A stretch of DNA of 64,000 nucleotides from Clostridia bacterium (GCA_017621415.1 JAGATD010000045.1:9270-73269); one strand, 5' to 3'. Counted from the stretch's first letter, positions 9,717 to 19,491 are shown. Numbers and translations: made by a program. The notes: generated by a model from the sequence alone, not told the origin.

Positions 9717-9916
9717 TTCTTCGACTCGAGGTATGCGTTGATCTTAGCTACCAGCTCGTCAGCATTTGTGCCGTGAACGAGGCAGGCATCCTCAATAGAC
9801 TCGCCTCTGGAGTGAGGACAGCCAAGGCAGTGCATTCCAATCTCAAAGAAGAAGCGAGCGGTCTCAACATCAAAGTCAAGAATGTCGCCGATAAGTGTGT
9901 CTTTTGTTACTTTCAT
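9713..9916 (-). CDS. DUF1858 / hybrid-cluster-associated redox disulfide domain protein
   Basis: 67 aa from the ATG at 9916, with AGGAAGG upstream. Contains the MHCLGCP motif. ATGA overlap with the trmK start. Confidence 0.6.
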   Translation of the reverse strand: MKVTKDTLIGDILDFDVETARFFFEIGMHCLGCPHSRGESIEDACLVHGTNADELVAKINAYLESKK

Positions 9917-10215
9917 TTTCTTTTTCCTTCCTGTAACTGTTTTAACGAGAATAGTATAGCATAGATAAGCGGAAAAATCAATATTTATTTTAAAGTTTTG
10001 CACCAAGGTAAAAATTTTCATCTTTTCTATTTACAAGTATGGATTTTTGTGGTAGGCTTGTTTTTTAGGTTTCCACTTAGGAAAGCTATCACGCAGTGAC
10101 TGATGAAGTAAGAGTTAAACAGTATATTCCATCTTCACTCATGTTTTCGCACTGAGTTAGCTTCTCTGATACCTCATACGTCAGGCTACGCCTGCCACCT
10201 TCCCCAAGGGGAAGG

Positions 10216-10382
10216 CTATAAAATGTGTATACATCTCATGCATCCGTTGAAAAAATGTGTATACACCCCAAATATTCGTCGAGAAAAATGTATGCAACTT
10301 ACAAATATTGGTTAGGAAAAATGTATCAAAATTTCTAATGTTCGTTGCTAAAATGCATTTTTTTACGCTGAAACATATTGAC
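10216..10382. repeat. five degenerate ~33-bp tandem repeats (AAAAATGTaTaCA-N7-9-AAtATTcGTTg)
   Basis: Units start near 10216, 10250, 10284, 10317 and 10350. The last unit runs into the -35 box of the adjacent promoter. Confidence 0.7.
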
Positions 10383-10406
10383 ATTTTTGCCACTTGGGTG
10401 TATAAT
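10378..10406 (+). promoter_or_regulatory. consensus sigma-A promoter TTGACA-N17-TATAAT
   Basis: TTGACA at 10378-10383, an exact 17-nt spacer, and TATAAT at 10401-10406. Confidence 0.6.
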
Positions 10407-10440
10407 ATTGTTGAGATTTGTGTATATAATATGTGATATT

Positions 10441-11763
10441 ATGCGGAGGAGTGTTCCCTTGTACAGATTTGCAATTGAAGAATTATATAAATGGAAAACG
10501 AGCGCCAACCGCAAGCCCATGATTATTGAGGGGGCAAGACAGGTTGGCAAGACTTGGCTTATGAAAGAGTTCGGTAAGCAAGCCTACGAGAAGACTATAT
10601 ATATTAATTTTGACTCTAATTCGAGAATGGCAGAGTTGTTTTCTTCTGACCTCGAAACCAGCAGAATTATTATGGGCTTGGAGCTTTACTCTGATGTTAA
10701 AATAACTGCCGAAAATACTCTTATCATTTTTGACGAGGTGCAGGAAGTACCTCGCGCTTTGGCGAGCCTGAAGTATTTTTACGAAAATGCTCCCGAATAT
10801 AATATTATTTGCGCAGGCTCTTTACTTGGAATTGCGTTACACGGCGGTACATCATTCCCTGTAGGCAAGGTAGATTTTCTTAATTTATATCCGCTTTCCT
10901 TTAAGGAATTTCTTATAGCTGTGGGAAAAGAAAAATACGTTAATTTAATGAATGCCGAGGATTACGAAATGATGGCGGCATTCAAGCAGGATTTAATTGA
11001 CTCCTTGAAGCATTATTATTTTGTCGGCGGTATGCCTGAAGCGGTAATGTCGTTTGCTAATGAAAAGGACTTTAACAAGGTTCGCAGAATACAGAAAAGA
11101 CTGCTTGAAGCCTATGAGCAGGATTTCTCCAAGCACGCTCCGGGCGAATCTGTGCCTAAGCTACGTATGCTTTGGAACAGTATCCCCTCTCAGCTTGCAA
11201 AGGAAAACAAAAAGTTTATTTACGGCTTAGTACGCGAGGGCGGCAGGGCTAAGGATTATGAAAGCGCTATTATGTGGCTCTGCGACTCGGGGCTTGTTCA
11301 TAAGGTAAGCCGCGTAACGGTCGGTCATTTACCTCTCAAGGCATATGAGGATATGAAAGCCTTTAAAATGTTTGTTTTGGATGTTGGATTGCTTGGCTGT
11401 ATGGTTGGTCTGAACAAAAAGATATTGCTTGACGGAAATGACCTTTTTGTGGAATTCAAGGGAGCGCTTACTGAGCAGTATGTGCTTCAGCAGCTGATTA
11501 CCAATCCCGATTTGAACATTTATTATTATACCAATGACAACGGCAGTTGCGAGGTTGATTTCCTTGTGGATACAGGTGATACCATTATCCCTGTAGAAGT
11601 AAAAGCGGAGGTAAATCTTCGTGCCAAGAGTCTTAAGGTCTACGCTGATAAGTTTGCCCCCGATGTTTCTGTCAGAACATCAATGCAGGACTACAAAAAG
11701 GAATCTTGGCTTGTAAATCTCCCGCTTTATGCCATTGAGAACTTAACGAAAGAATCTGTATAA
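10441..11763 (+). CDS. AAA+ ATPase (DUF4143-type ATP-binding protein)
   Basis: Walker A GARQVGKTW and Walker B IIFDEVQ. The start was moved to the ATG at 10441 because the track start at 10378 lies inside the promoter. Confidence 0.7.
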   Translation: MRRSVPLYRFAIEELYKWKTSANRKPMIIEGARQVGKTWLMKEFGKQAYEKTIYINFDSNSRMAELFSSDLETSRIIMGLELYSDVKITAENTLIIFDEVQEVPRALASLKYFYENAPEYNIICAGSLLGIALHGGTSFPVGKVDFLNLYPLSFKEFLIAVGKEKYVNLMNAEDYEMMAAFKQDLIDSLKHYYFVGGMPEAVMSFANEKDFNKVRRIQKRLLEAYEQDFSKHAPGESVPKLRMLWNSIPSQLAKENKKFIYGLVREGGRAKDYESAIMWLCDSGLVHKVSRVTVGHLPLKAYEDMKAFKMFVLDVGLLGCMVGLNKKILLDGNDLFVEFKGALTEQYVLQQLITNPDLNIYYYTNDNGSCEVDFLVDTGDTIIPVEVKAEVNLRAKSLKVYADKFAPDVSVRTSMQDYKKESWLVNLPLYAIENLTKESV

Positions 11764-11803
11764 CTATTTTGCTTAAAATTTAGTTCAAAATTATAGTCCG
11801 CTA

Positions 11804-11832
11804 TTTACATTTTCATTATTTTATGATAAAAT
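11804..11832 (+). promoter_or_regulatory. sigma-A type promoter (TTTACA-N17 with TGn-TAAAAT)
   Basis: TTTACA at 11804-11809, a 17-nt spacer ending TGA, and TAAAAT at 11827-11832. Confidence 0.45.
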
Positions 11833-11896
11833 ATATCGGTATAGTTATAATTATCTAAAAATGACAGTCGCCGTGGGCGGCGGAACGGAGAAAAAA

Positions 11897-13018
11897 ATGA
11901 TTGTTGCGCTTGAAGAAGCGAAGAGAAAGCTGACGGCTCTTTTTGATGTTGTAAAGGAGCTTGGAAATCAGTTAAGAATAGAGGAAGCTAAAGAGAGGTG
12001 CGCAGAGCTTGAACGTGAGACTCTGGTGCAGGATTTCTGGAACGATGCAGAAAAGTCATCAAAGAAGCTTCAGGAAATAAAGCAGTTAAAGGACAAGTAT
12101 GAGAGCTACGAGGCTCTTGTCTCAAAGCTTGAGGACACGTTTACCCTTTGCGAGATGGCAATTGAGGCAAATGACGAGGACTCTGTTGAGGAGGTTGTTA
12201 CCGAGACCGAGTTTATCGAGACCGAGGCTGAAAAGAAGAGAATTGAGGTTCTGCTTTCGGGTCAATATGACAAAAATAATGCAATTCTCTCGCTGCACCC
12301 GGGTGCGGGCGGTACCGAGGCTCAGGACTGGGCTTCTATGCTTTACCGTATGTATACCCGTTGGGGCGAGGCTCACGGCTTTAATGTTAAGCTTATTGAC
12401 TGGCTTGACGGCGACGAGGCGGGAATTAAGTCTGCTACCATTATGATTGAGGGTATGAATGCTTACGGCTATCTTAAGAGCGAAAACGGTGTTCACCGCC
12501 TTGTAAGAGTTTCGCCATTTGACGCATCGGGCAGACGCCACACCTCCTTTGCCTCTGTTGAGGTTATGCCCGAATTTGATGACGATGATACAATTGTTAT
12601 CCGTGACGAGGATATTGAGGTAACAGCTCATCGTTCCTCGGGTGCGGGCGGTCAGCACATTAACAAGACCGACTCGGCTATTCGTATTGTTCACAAGCCT
12701 ACGGGTATCGTTGTTGGTTGTCAGACCGAGAGAAGCCAGCTTCAGAACAAGGAAACGGCTATGAAAATGCTGAAAGCGAAGCTTATGGAAATTAAGCTCC
12801 GTGAAAAGCTTGACAGAATTGAGGACATTCAGGGCAACAAGGCAAACATTGAATGGGGCAGCCAGATTCGAAGCTATGTATTTATGCCCTACACTCTCGC
12901 TAAGGACACCAGAACAGGCTACGAAGACGGAAACATCGACGCGGTTATGGACGGTGAAATAGACGGATTTATTAACGCATATCTTAAACACATTTCAGCT
13001 AACGGTGAGGAAAAATAA
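11897..13018 (+). CDS. prfB: peptide chain release factor 2 (single uninterrupted frame)
   Basis: SPF tripeptide (VSPFDASGRRHTSF) and GGQ motif (SGAGGQHINKT). The ATG at 11897 has GGAG upstream. Confidence 0.9.
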   Translation: MIVALEEAKRKLTALFDVVKELGNQLRIEEAKERCAELERETLVQDFWNDAEKSSKKLQEIKQLKDKYESYEALVSKLEDTFTLCEMAIEANDEDSVEEVVTETEFIETEAEKKRIEVLLSGQYDKNNAILSLHPGAGGTEAQDWASMLYRMYTRWGEAHGFNVKLIDWLDGDEAGIKSATIMIEGMNAYGYLKSENGVHRLVRVSPFDASGRRHTSFASVEVMPEFDDDDTIVIRDEDIEVTAHRSSGAGGQHINKTDSAIRIVHKPTGIVVGCQTERSQLQNKETAMKMLKAKLMEIKLREKLDRIEDIQGNKANIEWGSQIRSYVFMPYTLAKDTRTGYEDGNIDAVMDGEIDGFINAYLKHISANGEEK

Positions 13019-13947
13019 TGAAAAACGGTCAAATTTGGTACGACACAGACGGAAATGATATACAAGCCCACGGTGGATGTATAATCAAGCATGGCGACAC
13101 CTACTACTGGTACGGCGAGCACAAGGGCGGAGAAACTAAAGTTACCCATCTCGTTTCGGGAGCTGAGGTAGCGAGAGTTGACGTCATTGGTGTTTCCTGT
13201 TATTCTTCAAAAAATCTCAGAGACTGGAAATATGAGGGCCTTGCTCTTGAGGCTGACAAGGATAACGAAAACAGCCCTATCCATACGTCAAAGGTCCTCG
13301 AGCGTCCCAAGGTAATTTATAACGAAAAGACAAACAAGTTTGTTATGTGGTTCCATGCTGAGAGACCCGACTATTCCCTTGCGGGAGTTGGCGTTGCGGT
13401 CTCGGACTCGCCCCTCGGTCCCTTTGAATTTAAGTTTGCAAAGGTGCCAAACAAGCAGGACTCCCGTGATATGACTATTTTCAAGGACAACGACGGCACA
13501 GCCTATCTCTTCCACTCCGCCAACCGCAACAAGACAATGAACATCGCCCGCCTTACTGAGGATTATACCGATGTTGACGGCTTTTATGTCTCGGTGCTGG
13601 AGGACCAGGAGCGCGAGGCCCCTGCCCTCTTCTATAAAGACGGAATGTACTATATGATAAGCTCCGGCTGCACAGGCTGGGCTCCCAATGCGGCGCTCTT
13701 TGCTATTTGCCCCCACCTACTCGGAAAATGGAAGCTTATCGACAATCCCTGCGAGGGTAAATTCGCGAGGCAGACCTTCTTCGGTCAGTCAAGCTACATA
13801 TTTGAGGCTGAGGGCAAGTTTTACCTTATGCTCGACCACTGGAAGCCTGATGATTTAAGAAACTCGGGCTACTCAATACTGCCTATTGAGATTACCGATG
13901 ACAACTGTCTCATCGTTCCCTGGCAGGAAGAGTGGCAGGGCATTTAA
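13018..13947 (+). CDS. GH43 glycoside hydrolase, exo-beta-1,3-galactanase-like (GH43_24-like), cytoplasmic
   Basis: N-terminus WYDTDGNDIQAHGGCIIKHGDTYYWYGEHK and VSCYSSKNLRDW resemble fungal and clostridial 1,3-galactanase GH43 enzymes as I remember them. No signal peptide. TAATG overlap with prfB. Confidence 0.6.
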   Translation: MKNGQIWYDTDGNDIQAHGGCIIKHGDTYYWYGEHKGGETKVTHLVSGAEVARVDVIGVSCYSSKNLRDWKYEGLALEADKDNENSPIHTSKVLERPKVIYNEKTNKFVMWFHAERPDYSLAGVGVAVSDSPLGPFEFKFAKVPNKQDSRDMTIFKDNDGTAYLFHSANRNKTMNIARLTEDYTDVDGFYVSVLEDQEREAPALFYKDGMYYMISSGCTGWAPNAALFAICPHLLGKWKLIDNPCEGKFARQTFFGQSSYIFEAEGKFYLMLDHWKPDDLRNSGYSILPIEITDDNCLIVPWQEEWQGI

Positions 13948-14004
13948 ACTTTTTCTCAAAAACAAAAAAACAGCCGATAGCAACATTTATATATAAAAAA
14001 TCAA

Positions 14005-14040
14005 GGCAGAGAACGTCAAAATTCTCTGCCTTTTTGTTTT
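14005..14040. terminator. bidirectional rho-independent terminator
   Basis: GGCAGAGAA/TTCTCTGCC stem with TTTTTGTTTT on the + side and an A-run upstream, between convergent genes. Confidence 0.75.
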
Positions 14041-14053
14041 GAAAATACTTTTA

Positions 14054-17000
14054 TTATTTTGCTCCGCTCACAAATGCTTCCGGGCTATAGCCAATGTAAA
14101 CATTGTCTATACACATATAATAGTCTACGTCGCCCTGAAGGTAGAACAGAACACGCTCATTACCTACTGTTCCGCAGATGAATTGCATATCACATTGCCA
14201 TACATTGTCAACATACAGCTTAACATCTACAAGAGTTGATGTGTCAGTATCCAGGGAATACTCAAGTCTGTAATTGTGCCACTCGCCTTGTGAAATTGAA
14301 ATATTCTCTCCGCTGACTATAGCATCGCTTCCGATAGTTATAAGCCCATTTGCATCGGTTTTTAAATACAAATCCGCACGGCAAGCTCCGCTTTGCATCA
14401 AAATTCGCATAAATGTTTTGCTATTTGCGATATTTCCAAACGCAGCGTCAAATTCGATAATATTTACAACCCGATCGCTAGGAACACTATCAAAGGTATA
14501 TGTTATGCTCTTTGTCGACGTACCGCCCTTATGGAACCAAACATATTTGCCTTCGGTTACCTCGCATACATCAGGAAGAGAGGTGCTTGGAGCTTGCGCT
14601 CCCAATGCGTTATAGTCAATTTTTTTACCGACCGTTGTTTCATCGTTAAAGTATTTTCCGTTATCCTTTGTTCCCTTTAACTCAGGACCTTTTATTCCCG
14701 GAAGCTCCTCGTAAACGGCATCGATATATCCAAGATAAAGATTATCATATGCAATCCAGGAATCTTCATCGGTATACTGAAGCTGTATTTCAACCCTGCT
14801 GTTATCGTTTTGTGATACATCAAGTCCATCAACCTCAGCAACAAATTTTCCATTGATATAAATCTTAAATCTCACAACCGAATTGTCAAAATTATAGACT
14901 TCTATACGGAGATTATACCAAGTATTAGGCTGAAGAATTGCGTCTTCTGTTGAGTAAACGGTATTACGAAACTCTATCTTGCTTCCGTCAGCCGATGCAT
15001 TCAAATAAAGACCCGCGCGCATACCCAACGAGTAAAACTTAAATAACAGGAAGTTGTTTGCATTGGCGTTTCCAAATGCAACATCCGCCTCAAAAACGGC
15101 ATGTGGGTAAGATAATCCCTCTGAAGCCACATTGTAAGAATATGTTATGTACTCATGCTTTCCGCTCGTATTTCCAAGTCGGTAATAATGAACGTAATTC
15201 TCCGATGTAATGAATGTCTTTGCATCCTTTTTAGCTGAGGTGCTCGGAGCCTTTTCGCCCTGATCGTAATTATATCTCTTTCCTATGGCTTCGCTATTTT
15301 TGTAATAATCACCGCCAATATGAGTTCCCTCTATTGTCGGCAAGCTCTGCGGAATATCCTCAGGCTTAACAGGGAACAACGGAGATTCCGCAACATAAGC
15401 ATCGTTTGTGCGCTCGGCTTTGACATTATCAATATATAATTCGTTATTGCTCTTTCTTGAGTGAGCAATAGCAATCGCTCCTACGGCAAAGTCCACAACA
15501 GAGCCGTCTTCAACCCTTGAGGATGAGCTGATGCCCACATATTCTCCGTTTATGAAAATCTTACCTAAAATATTTAGCTTGCGACTACCGCTAGCATCCT
15601 CCTCGTATATTTTGTAGACCTCAACCGCAACATTAAACCATGTATTAAGCGATATTCCGTCAGCGAGGTTATTATCTCTATCTCCGTCAGGCCCAGCCTT
15701 GTAGTCAGCTATTCTTACATATTTCTCACCGTTTTCTTCGTACATCTGAAAATCAAGCCCGAAACAATCGTATGCCGCTCCCACTGTCCTGCTAAACAGA
15801 AGCTGAACAAATGAGCCGCTGCCACTCTTAACCATAAAATCACCGCTGAATTTATAACAATTTCCGGTGAGAAATGAGTTTGATACGCTTATGAATGTAT
15901 AAAGGGGATTTGCCGCAAAATCGTTATCAGTCGCATAAGTTTTTACGAGCAATGCCTTATCATTATTATCGCTTGGCACAGGATCGGCTACCACGTCGCT
16001 TTGATAGTATTTGTACTTTCCGTCACTTTGGGTTATATCCGTTAATTGGTTTTCAACTGTGTCGGCAGGATATTTAACGACACCGTACTCCTCTTCTCCA
16101 AAACCGTCTTCATAGTTGTCAAACTTTTCGGCATAAACAGGCTGAGGCTCGTTCTTTATTATTGTTCCCATATCCTCAAGTGTTCTTAAGAAATAATAGT
16201 AATCCGCGCTTGTGAACATAGGTACTCTGGTAACACCGAAGGTATCTAACATACTGATTGCTATTCCCGTGGATGAAATGCATGTTGCGTTTACATCACT
16301 CTCAGGGGAGGTCGCGCAAGCCACGAGGGCCTTTTGGGAGGTTAACTGAACCGTATCTCCTCTATATGAGAAAGCACCGTCCTCCTCTTTGTAATCGATT
16401 ATTTTTTCATAAGTGGCAGTCACAAGAGCTTCACCGTTCTCGATAAGCATCGCCCTTACTTCATCGGCTCTTTTACTGCCTTCGGTTTCCTCAATGCAGT
16501 CAAGCAAAAGCTCAAATGTTATCCAGGGATTATATACCGAGCAGACGTGTGTGTCTCCGGAATCCTGAAGAACCACGTCGATAACGCTCTGAATGGCAGC
16601 TTCCGCATTGGGCACCGGAATACCCATATAGTAATAAAAATGAGTGATTTTAAAGAGACCGTTTATCGCATTGTAGGAATTAATGATTTCACCCTGATGT
16701 TCGGTCATATTTGGCTCCCAGAGACCTGTTTCGGGATTTTGATGCTCGTTAAGATAATTTATAACATAGTCAATATATTCTTGACCTGCCATAGTTATCT
16801 GTGTGTGCATTGCCGCAATATCGTTGCCGGCGGTGTAAGAGTCTTTATCAAATCCAAGTTCATCTATATATTTTTCCCAAGCTTCTATACTTTGCAAGAA
16901 ATAAGGAAGATTAGATTTTGAAGCAGCGATCACATATGCAGCTGCAACCACAGCAGAGTTTGACCTGAGATTTCCGGTAATTAAAGAAGCAGGTGACACA

Positions 17001-18010
17001 CCCGGAGCGCCAAGCAAGCCTTTTATTCCATCAGGTGTATTGTAAAGAGGCATCTCACCGAATTTCTCTAGCATCTGTGTTGCCCAACCGAGGTCACGGC
17101 TGCGGCGCGCGTTAATGATATTATCGCCCCACTGAGGATGATAAAAATAACCGTCCTCCGAGCTTTGAAGCCCTATGGCAAAGTTAACCAGCTGCTCTCT
17201 TACAGTAGCAGGAATGCCAATGCCATAACTGCCTCCATACGACGAAAGCATTCCGGACTCGCTAAGGAAATTCAACACCTGCACAGTAGACTCGATGTCA
17301 GGTAAAAAGCCTACATTGTTTCTGCCGGAATTGGAAAAATAGAAGCCTCCTATATCAGGGTCATAAAGATTTGCCATCCATATGTATATTTCTTCGGTAT
17401 AAAGGGAGTACAGCTTCTTGATTGCCTCTATCGTTCCGTCATCAAGAGTTGCCTCTAGTTTTTCAAAGGCCTTATCTCTGCTTTCTTCTCTTATGGCTCT
17501 GATATGCTCAGAAAGATCAAACTGATTTGATGCTATCACACCGTCGCCAAATATCCTACTGCTTTTGTTACAGTAATTAGCAACAAAATAATCTATTGCC
17601 TCATCTGCTGCCATCGGGCTGTCGTATGCTATAGCTATCGAACCGCCTTCGCCAGCAATGCACCAGCCGCTGATGTCTTCTTTACCTTCAAGCATACTTT
17701 CAAGTTTTTGGTATGCCTTCTGCGACATTTCGCGCTCAGACCTTCCGATAACAATCTCGTGCTCATGGGAAACAGATGCATCGTAAAACACCGACACCTG
17801 TCTTCCCGTAAGGGTACTTATAGAAGAAATCAGTTCGGACGCATCTATGTCATCCTCTTCAGCAAAGACCACGGTGGTATTCGAGTCAGGAGACCACAGA
17901 GCATTTTCCACCTTCGGTGTAGTATCATTCTTGTCGATATCTTTTACTCTGCACGAGGCAAACAAAGAGAGTGCCGTAAAAAGCAAAATTGCGACTAATA
18001 TTTTCTTCAT
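14054..18010 (-). CDS. giant lipoprotein A: N-terminal alpha/beta domain + alpha/alpha-toroid-like domain + 3 LamG/ConA-like modules
   Basis: Lipobox LSLFAS-C. The toroid motif set spans roughly aa 170-640. Three modules end in the KIFINGEYV...LYIDNVKAE, KIYINGKFV...AYDNLYLGY and KLYVDNVWQ...CIDNVYIGY signatures. Confidence 0.85.
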   Translation of the reverse strand: MKKILVAILLFTALSLFASCRVKDIDKNDTTPKVENALWSPDSNTTVVFAEEDDIDASELISSISTLTGRQVSVFYDASVSHEHEIVIGRSEREMSQKAYQKLESMLEGKEDISGWCIAGEGGSIAIAYDSPMAADEAIDYFVANYCNKSSRIFGDGVIASNQFDLSEHIRAIREESRDKAFEKLEATLDDGTIEAIKKLYSLYTEEIYIWMANLYDPDIGGFYFSNSGRNNVGFLPDIESTVQVLNFLSESGMLSSYGGSYGIGIPATVREQLVNFAIGLQSSEDGYFYHPQWGDNIINARRSRDLGWATQMLEKFGEMPLYNTPDGIKGLLGAPGVSPASLITGNLRSNSAVVAAAYVIAASKSNLPYFLQSIEAWEKYIDELGFDKDSYTAGNDIAAMHTQITMAGQEYIDYVINYLNEHQNPETGLWEPNMTEHQGEIINSYNAINGLFKITHFYYYMGIPVPNAEAAIQSVIDVVLQDSGDTHVCSVYNPWITFELLLDCIEETEGSKRADEVRAMLIENGEALVTATYEKIIDYKEEDGAFSYRGDTVQLTSQKALVACATSPESDVNATCISSTGIAISMLDTFGVTRVPMFTSADYYYFLRTLEDMGTIIKNEPQPVYAEKFDNYEDGFGEEEYGVVKYPADTVENQLTDITQSDGKYKYYQSDVVADPVPSDNNDKALLVKTYATDNDFAANPLYTFISVSNSFLTGNCYKFSGDFMVKSGSGSFVQLLFSRTVGAAYDCFGLDFQMYEENGEKYVRIADYKAGPDGDRDNNLADGISLNTWFNVAVEVYKIYEEDASGSRKLNILGKIFINGEYVGISSSSRVEDGSVVDFAVGAIAIAHSRKSNNELYIDNVKAERTNDAYVAESPLFPVKPEDIPQSLPTIEGTHIGGDYYKNSEAIGKRYNYDQGEKAPSTSAKKDAKTFITSENYVHYYRLGNTSGKHEYITYSYNVASEGLSYPHAVFEADVAFGNANANNFLLFKFYSLGMRAGLYLNASADGSKIEFRNTVYSTEDAILQPNTWYNLRIEVYNFDNSVVRFKIYINGKFVAEVDGLDVSQNDNSRVEIQLQYTDEDSWIAYDNLYLGYIDAVYEELPGIKGPELKGTKDNGKYFNDETTVGKKIDYNALGAQAPSTSLPDVCEVTEGKYVWFHKGGTSTKSITYTFDSVPSDRVVNIIEFDAAFGNIANSKTFMRILMQSGACRADLYLKTDANGLITIGSDAIVSGENISISQGEWHNYRLEYSLDTDTSTLVDVKLYVDNVWQCDMQFICGTVGNERVLFYLQGDVDYYMCIDNVYIGYSPEAFVSGAK

Positions 18011-18011
18011 A

Positions 18012-19430
18012 TTACTGCATCTCCCTTATTTTATTCGGATTTATTGCATCATCAAACCAATCGGGCTTTACGTATATCTTTTGTGTTTGTATCGCATTAT
18101 CGATAATATCAAAAAATATTTTGGCATCCTTATCACAGAAAATGGGAATTCTGCGAATACCGAGAACCTTACATAAATTAGAAGTGACACCCGTGGAACA
18201 AATAGCGGAGGCATTCACATCTCCCTCATCAAGTCCAAGCCCCACCGGCGCCTTTTGCGATAAGCGAGAACGAGGCTCAGGATTATATGAAAACGATCCG
18301 TCTGCACGCTTGCAAGTCAAAACCTTTTCGCGTGTTACCCGTATCAGGTCCGCAGCGCGCTCTAAGATTATTTTCTGCAGCTTATGCGCCTCGAACTCAT
18401 CTCCGTGCAATCTCATATTTTCAAGCACGTTACTCATAGTTGCAAAGGGGTTGTAGAACTGACAGCAAAAGACTATTGGTTCATTGGAAAGCGCCACCGT
18501 TATAGCGCTCTTGATAGCCTTGTCAGCATTTGGCATACATACACCGAGATTGCTGTAAAGAAGACTAAGCTTCATAAGACCGTTTACCGAAGCGTAATTA
18601 ACCTGTGGCTCCCAAAGACCGTTGTCACTGCGCTGACAGTCTGCCAGCCACTGGAAAAGCGTGTTAATAAATTCAGGTCCTGCAGCTCCTATCTGTATTG
18701 CCTGCGATGAAATCATGTTGGCCGACCAGTAGGATTTGGTCTTCATATCAAATGATGCCAAATAATTTTTCCACTCGTTTATATCCTGAAGATATTTGGG
18801 AAGCAACGCGGAGCTTGAACCGTCATCGTTTTTGTCAATGGGAGTCGGATAATAGGGCTTATCCCCAAACCGTGAAATCATATCTGTTGCCCATCTGAGA
18901 TCTCTTGAACGCCTTGGAGTAATTATATTTTTACCCCATTGAGGATGATAAAAGAATCCGTCCTCGGGATCCTGAAGCCCCTTAGCGAATTTTAGTAAGG
19001 ATTCTCGCATACTGCCAGGAACGGCCTGAGCATAGGTCTTTCCCATTCCTGATATAAGACCTGAGCTTTCGGTGAAGCGTAGTATCTGTACCGTTGACTC
19101 TATGTCAGGCAAAAAGGCATCGCAATCCCTACCTGATGAGGAGAAATAAAAACCTCCTATTTTCGGATCCCAGAGAGTTGCCATCCATACATATAAACGC
19201 TCGTCATAAATATCGTAGAGCCTCTCAAGCTCCACTGCCGCATCCTTGCCGATAATCGGAACAATCTCTTTGTAGTACCTGCTTCGCATATCTTCTCGTG
19301 AAATGATTGCTTCCACAATACGTTCCTTGGTTACTTCGTTTCTACCACTCATATTTATAAAATCCATCCTTTCACGACTTAAATGTACTTTCTTTGAAAT
19401 GCAATCGTTACAATTAATAATATTATCCAT
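18012..19430 (-). CDS. signal-less alpha/alpha-toroid-like protein A (paralog of the giant lipoprotein toroid domain)
   Basis: Motifs LWDPKIGGFYFS, LPDIESTVQ, DGFFYHPQWG, RRSRDLRWA, NGLWEP, DGSFSY and EGDVNAS. No hydrophobic N-terminus. The stop lies 1 nt before the next ATG. The exact start is uncertain. Confidence 0.8.
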   Translation of the reverse strand: MDNIINCNDCISKKVHLSRERMDFINMSGRNEVTKERIVEAIISREDMRSRYYKEIVPIIGKDAAVELERLYDIYDERLYVWMATLWDPKIGGFYFSSSGRDCDAFLPDIESTVQILRFTESSGLISGMGKTYAQAVPGSMRESLLKFAKGLQDPEDGFFYHPQWGKNIITPRRSRDLRWATDMISRFGDKPYYPTPIDKNDDGSSSALLPKYLQDINEWKNYLASFDMKTKSYWSANMISSQAIQIGAAGPEFINTLFQWLADCQRSDNGLWEPQVNYASVNGLMKLSLLYSNLGVCMPNADKAIKSAITVALSNEPIVFCCQFYNPFATMSNVLENMRLHGDEFEAHKLQKIILERAADLIRVTREKVLTCKRADGSFSYNPEPRSRLSQKAPVGLGLDEGDVNASAICSTGVTSNLCKVLGIRRIPIFCDKDAKIFFDIIDNAIQTQKIYVKPDWFDDAINPNKIREMQ

Positions 19431-19450
19431 TTTGATATCCCAAATACCTT

Positions 19451-19491
19451 TTCAGCCCCGCGACACCGCAATTCTGCGCCGCGAGGCTGAA
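19451..19491 (-). other. GC-rich intergenic stem-loop
   Basis: TTCAGCCCCGCG/CGCGAGGCTGAA is a 12-bp stem with one mismatch, between the 496-aa and 472-aa genes. No clear T-tract. Confidence 0.5.

Noticed and set aside
10378-10440. Track start codon of the AAA+ ATPase ORF at 10378.
   Set aside because: It coincides with the -35 box of the consensus promoter, so translation cannot start there. The downstream ATG at 10441 was used, and a nearby alternative start is possible.
10441-11763. The DUF4143 ATPase as evidence of a mobile element or defence island.
   Set aside because: No integrase, transposase, flanking inverted or direct repeats, or partner defence genes are visible. Housekeeping operons flank it on both sides.
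11861-13018. Programmed +1 frameshift expected in prfB.
   Set aside because: The RF2 reading frame is continuous from the ATG at 11897 through the region where the CTT-TGA-C shift site normally sits. This gene has no in-frame stop and no frameshift.
18012-19430. Reading the toroid proteins plus micro-ORF as a LanC-type lanthipeptide system.
   Set aside because: The micro-ORF peptides contain no Cys. The toroid proteins lack the LanC-like zinc-ligand and GxxG motifs that I know. No dehydratase or kinase-lyase gene is present.
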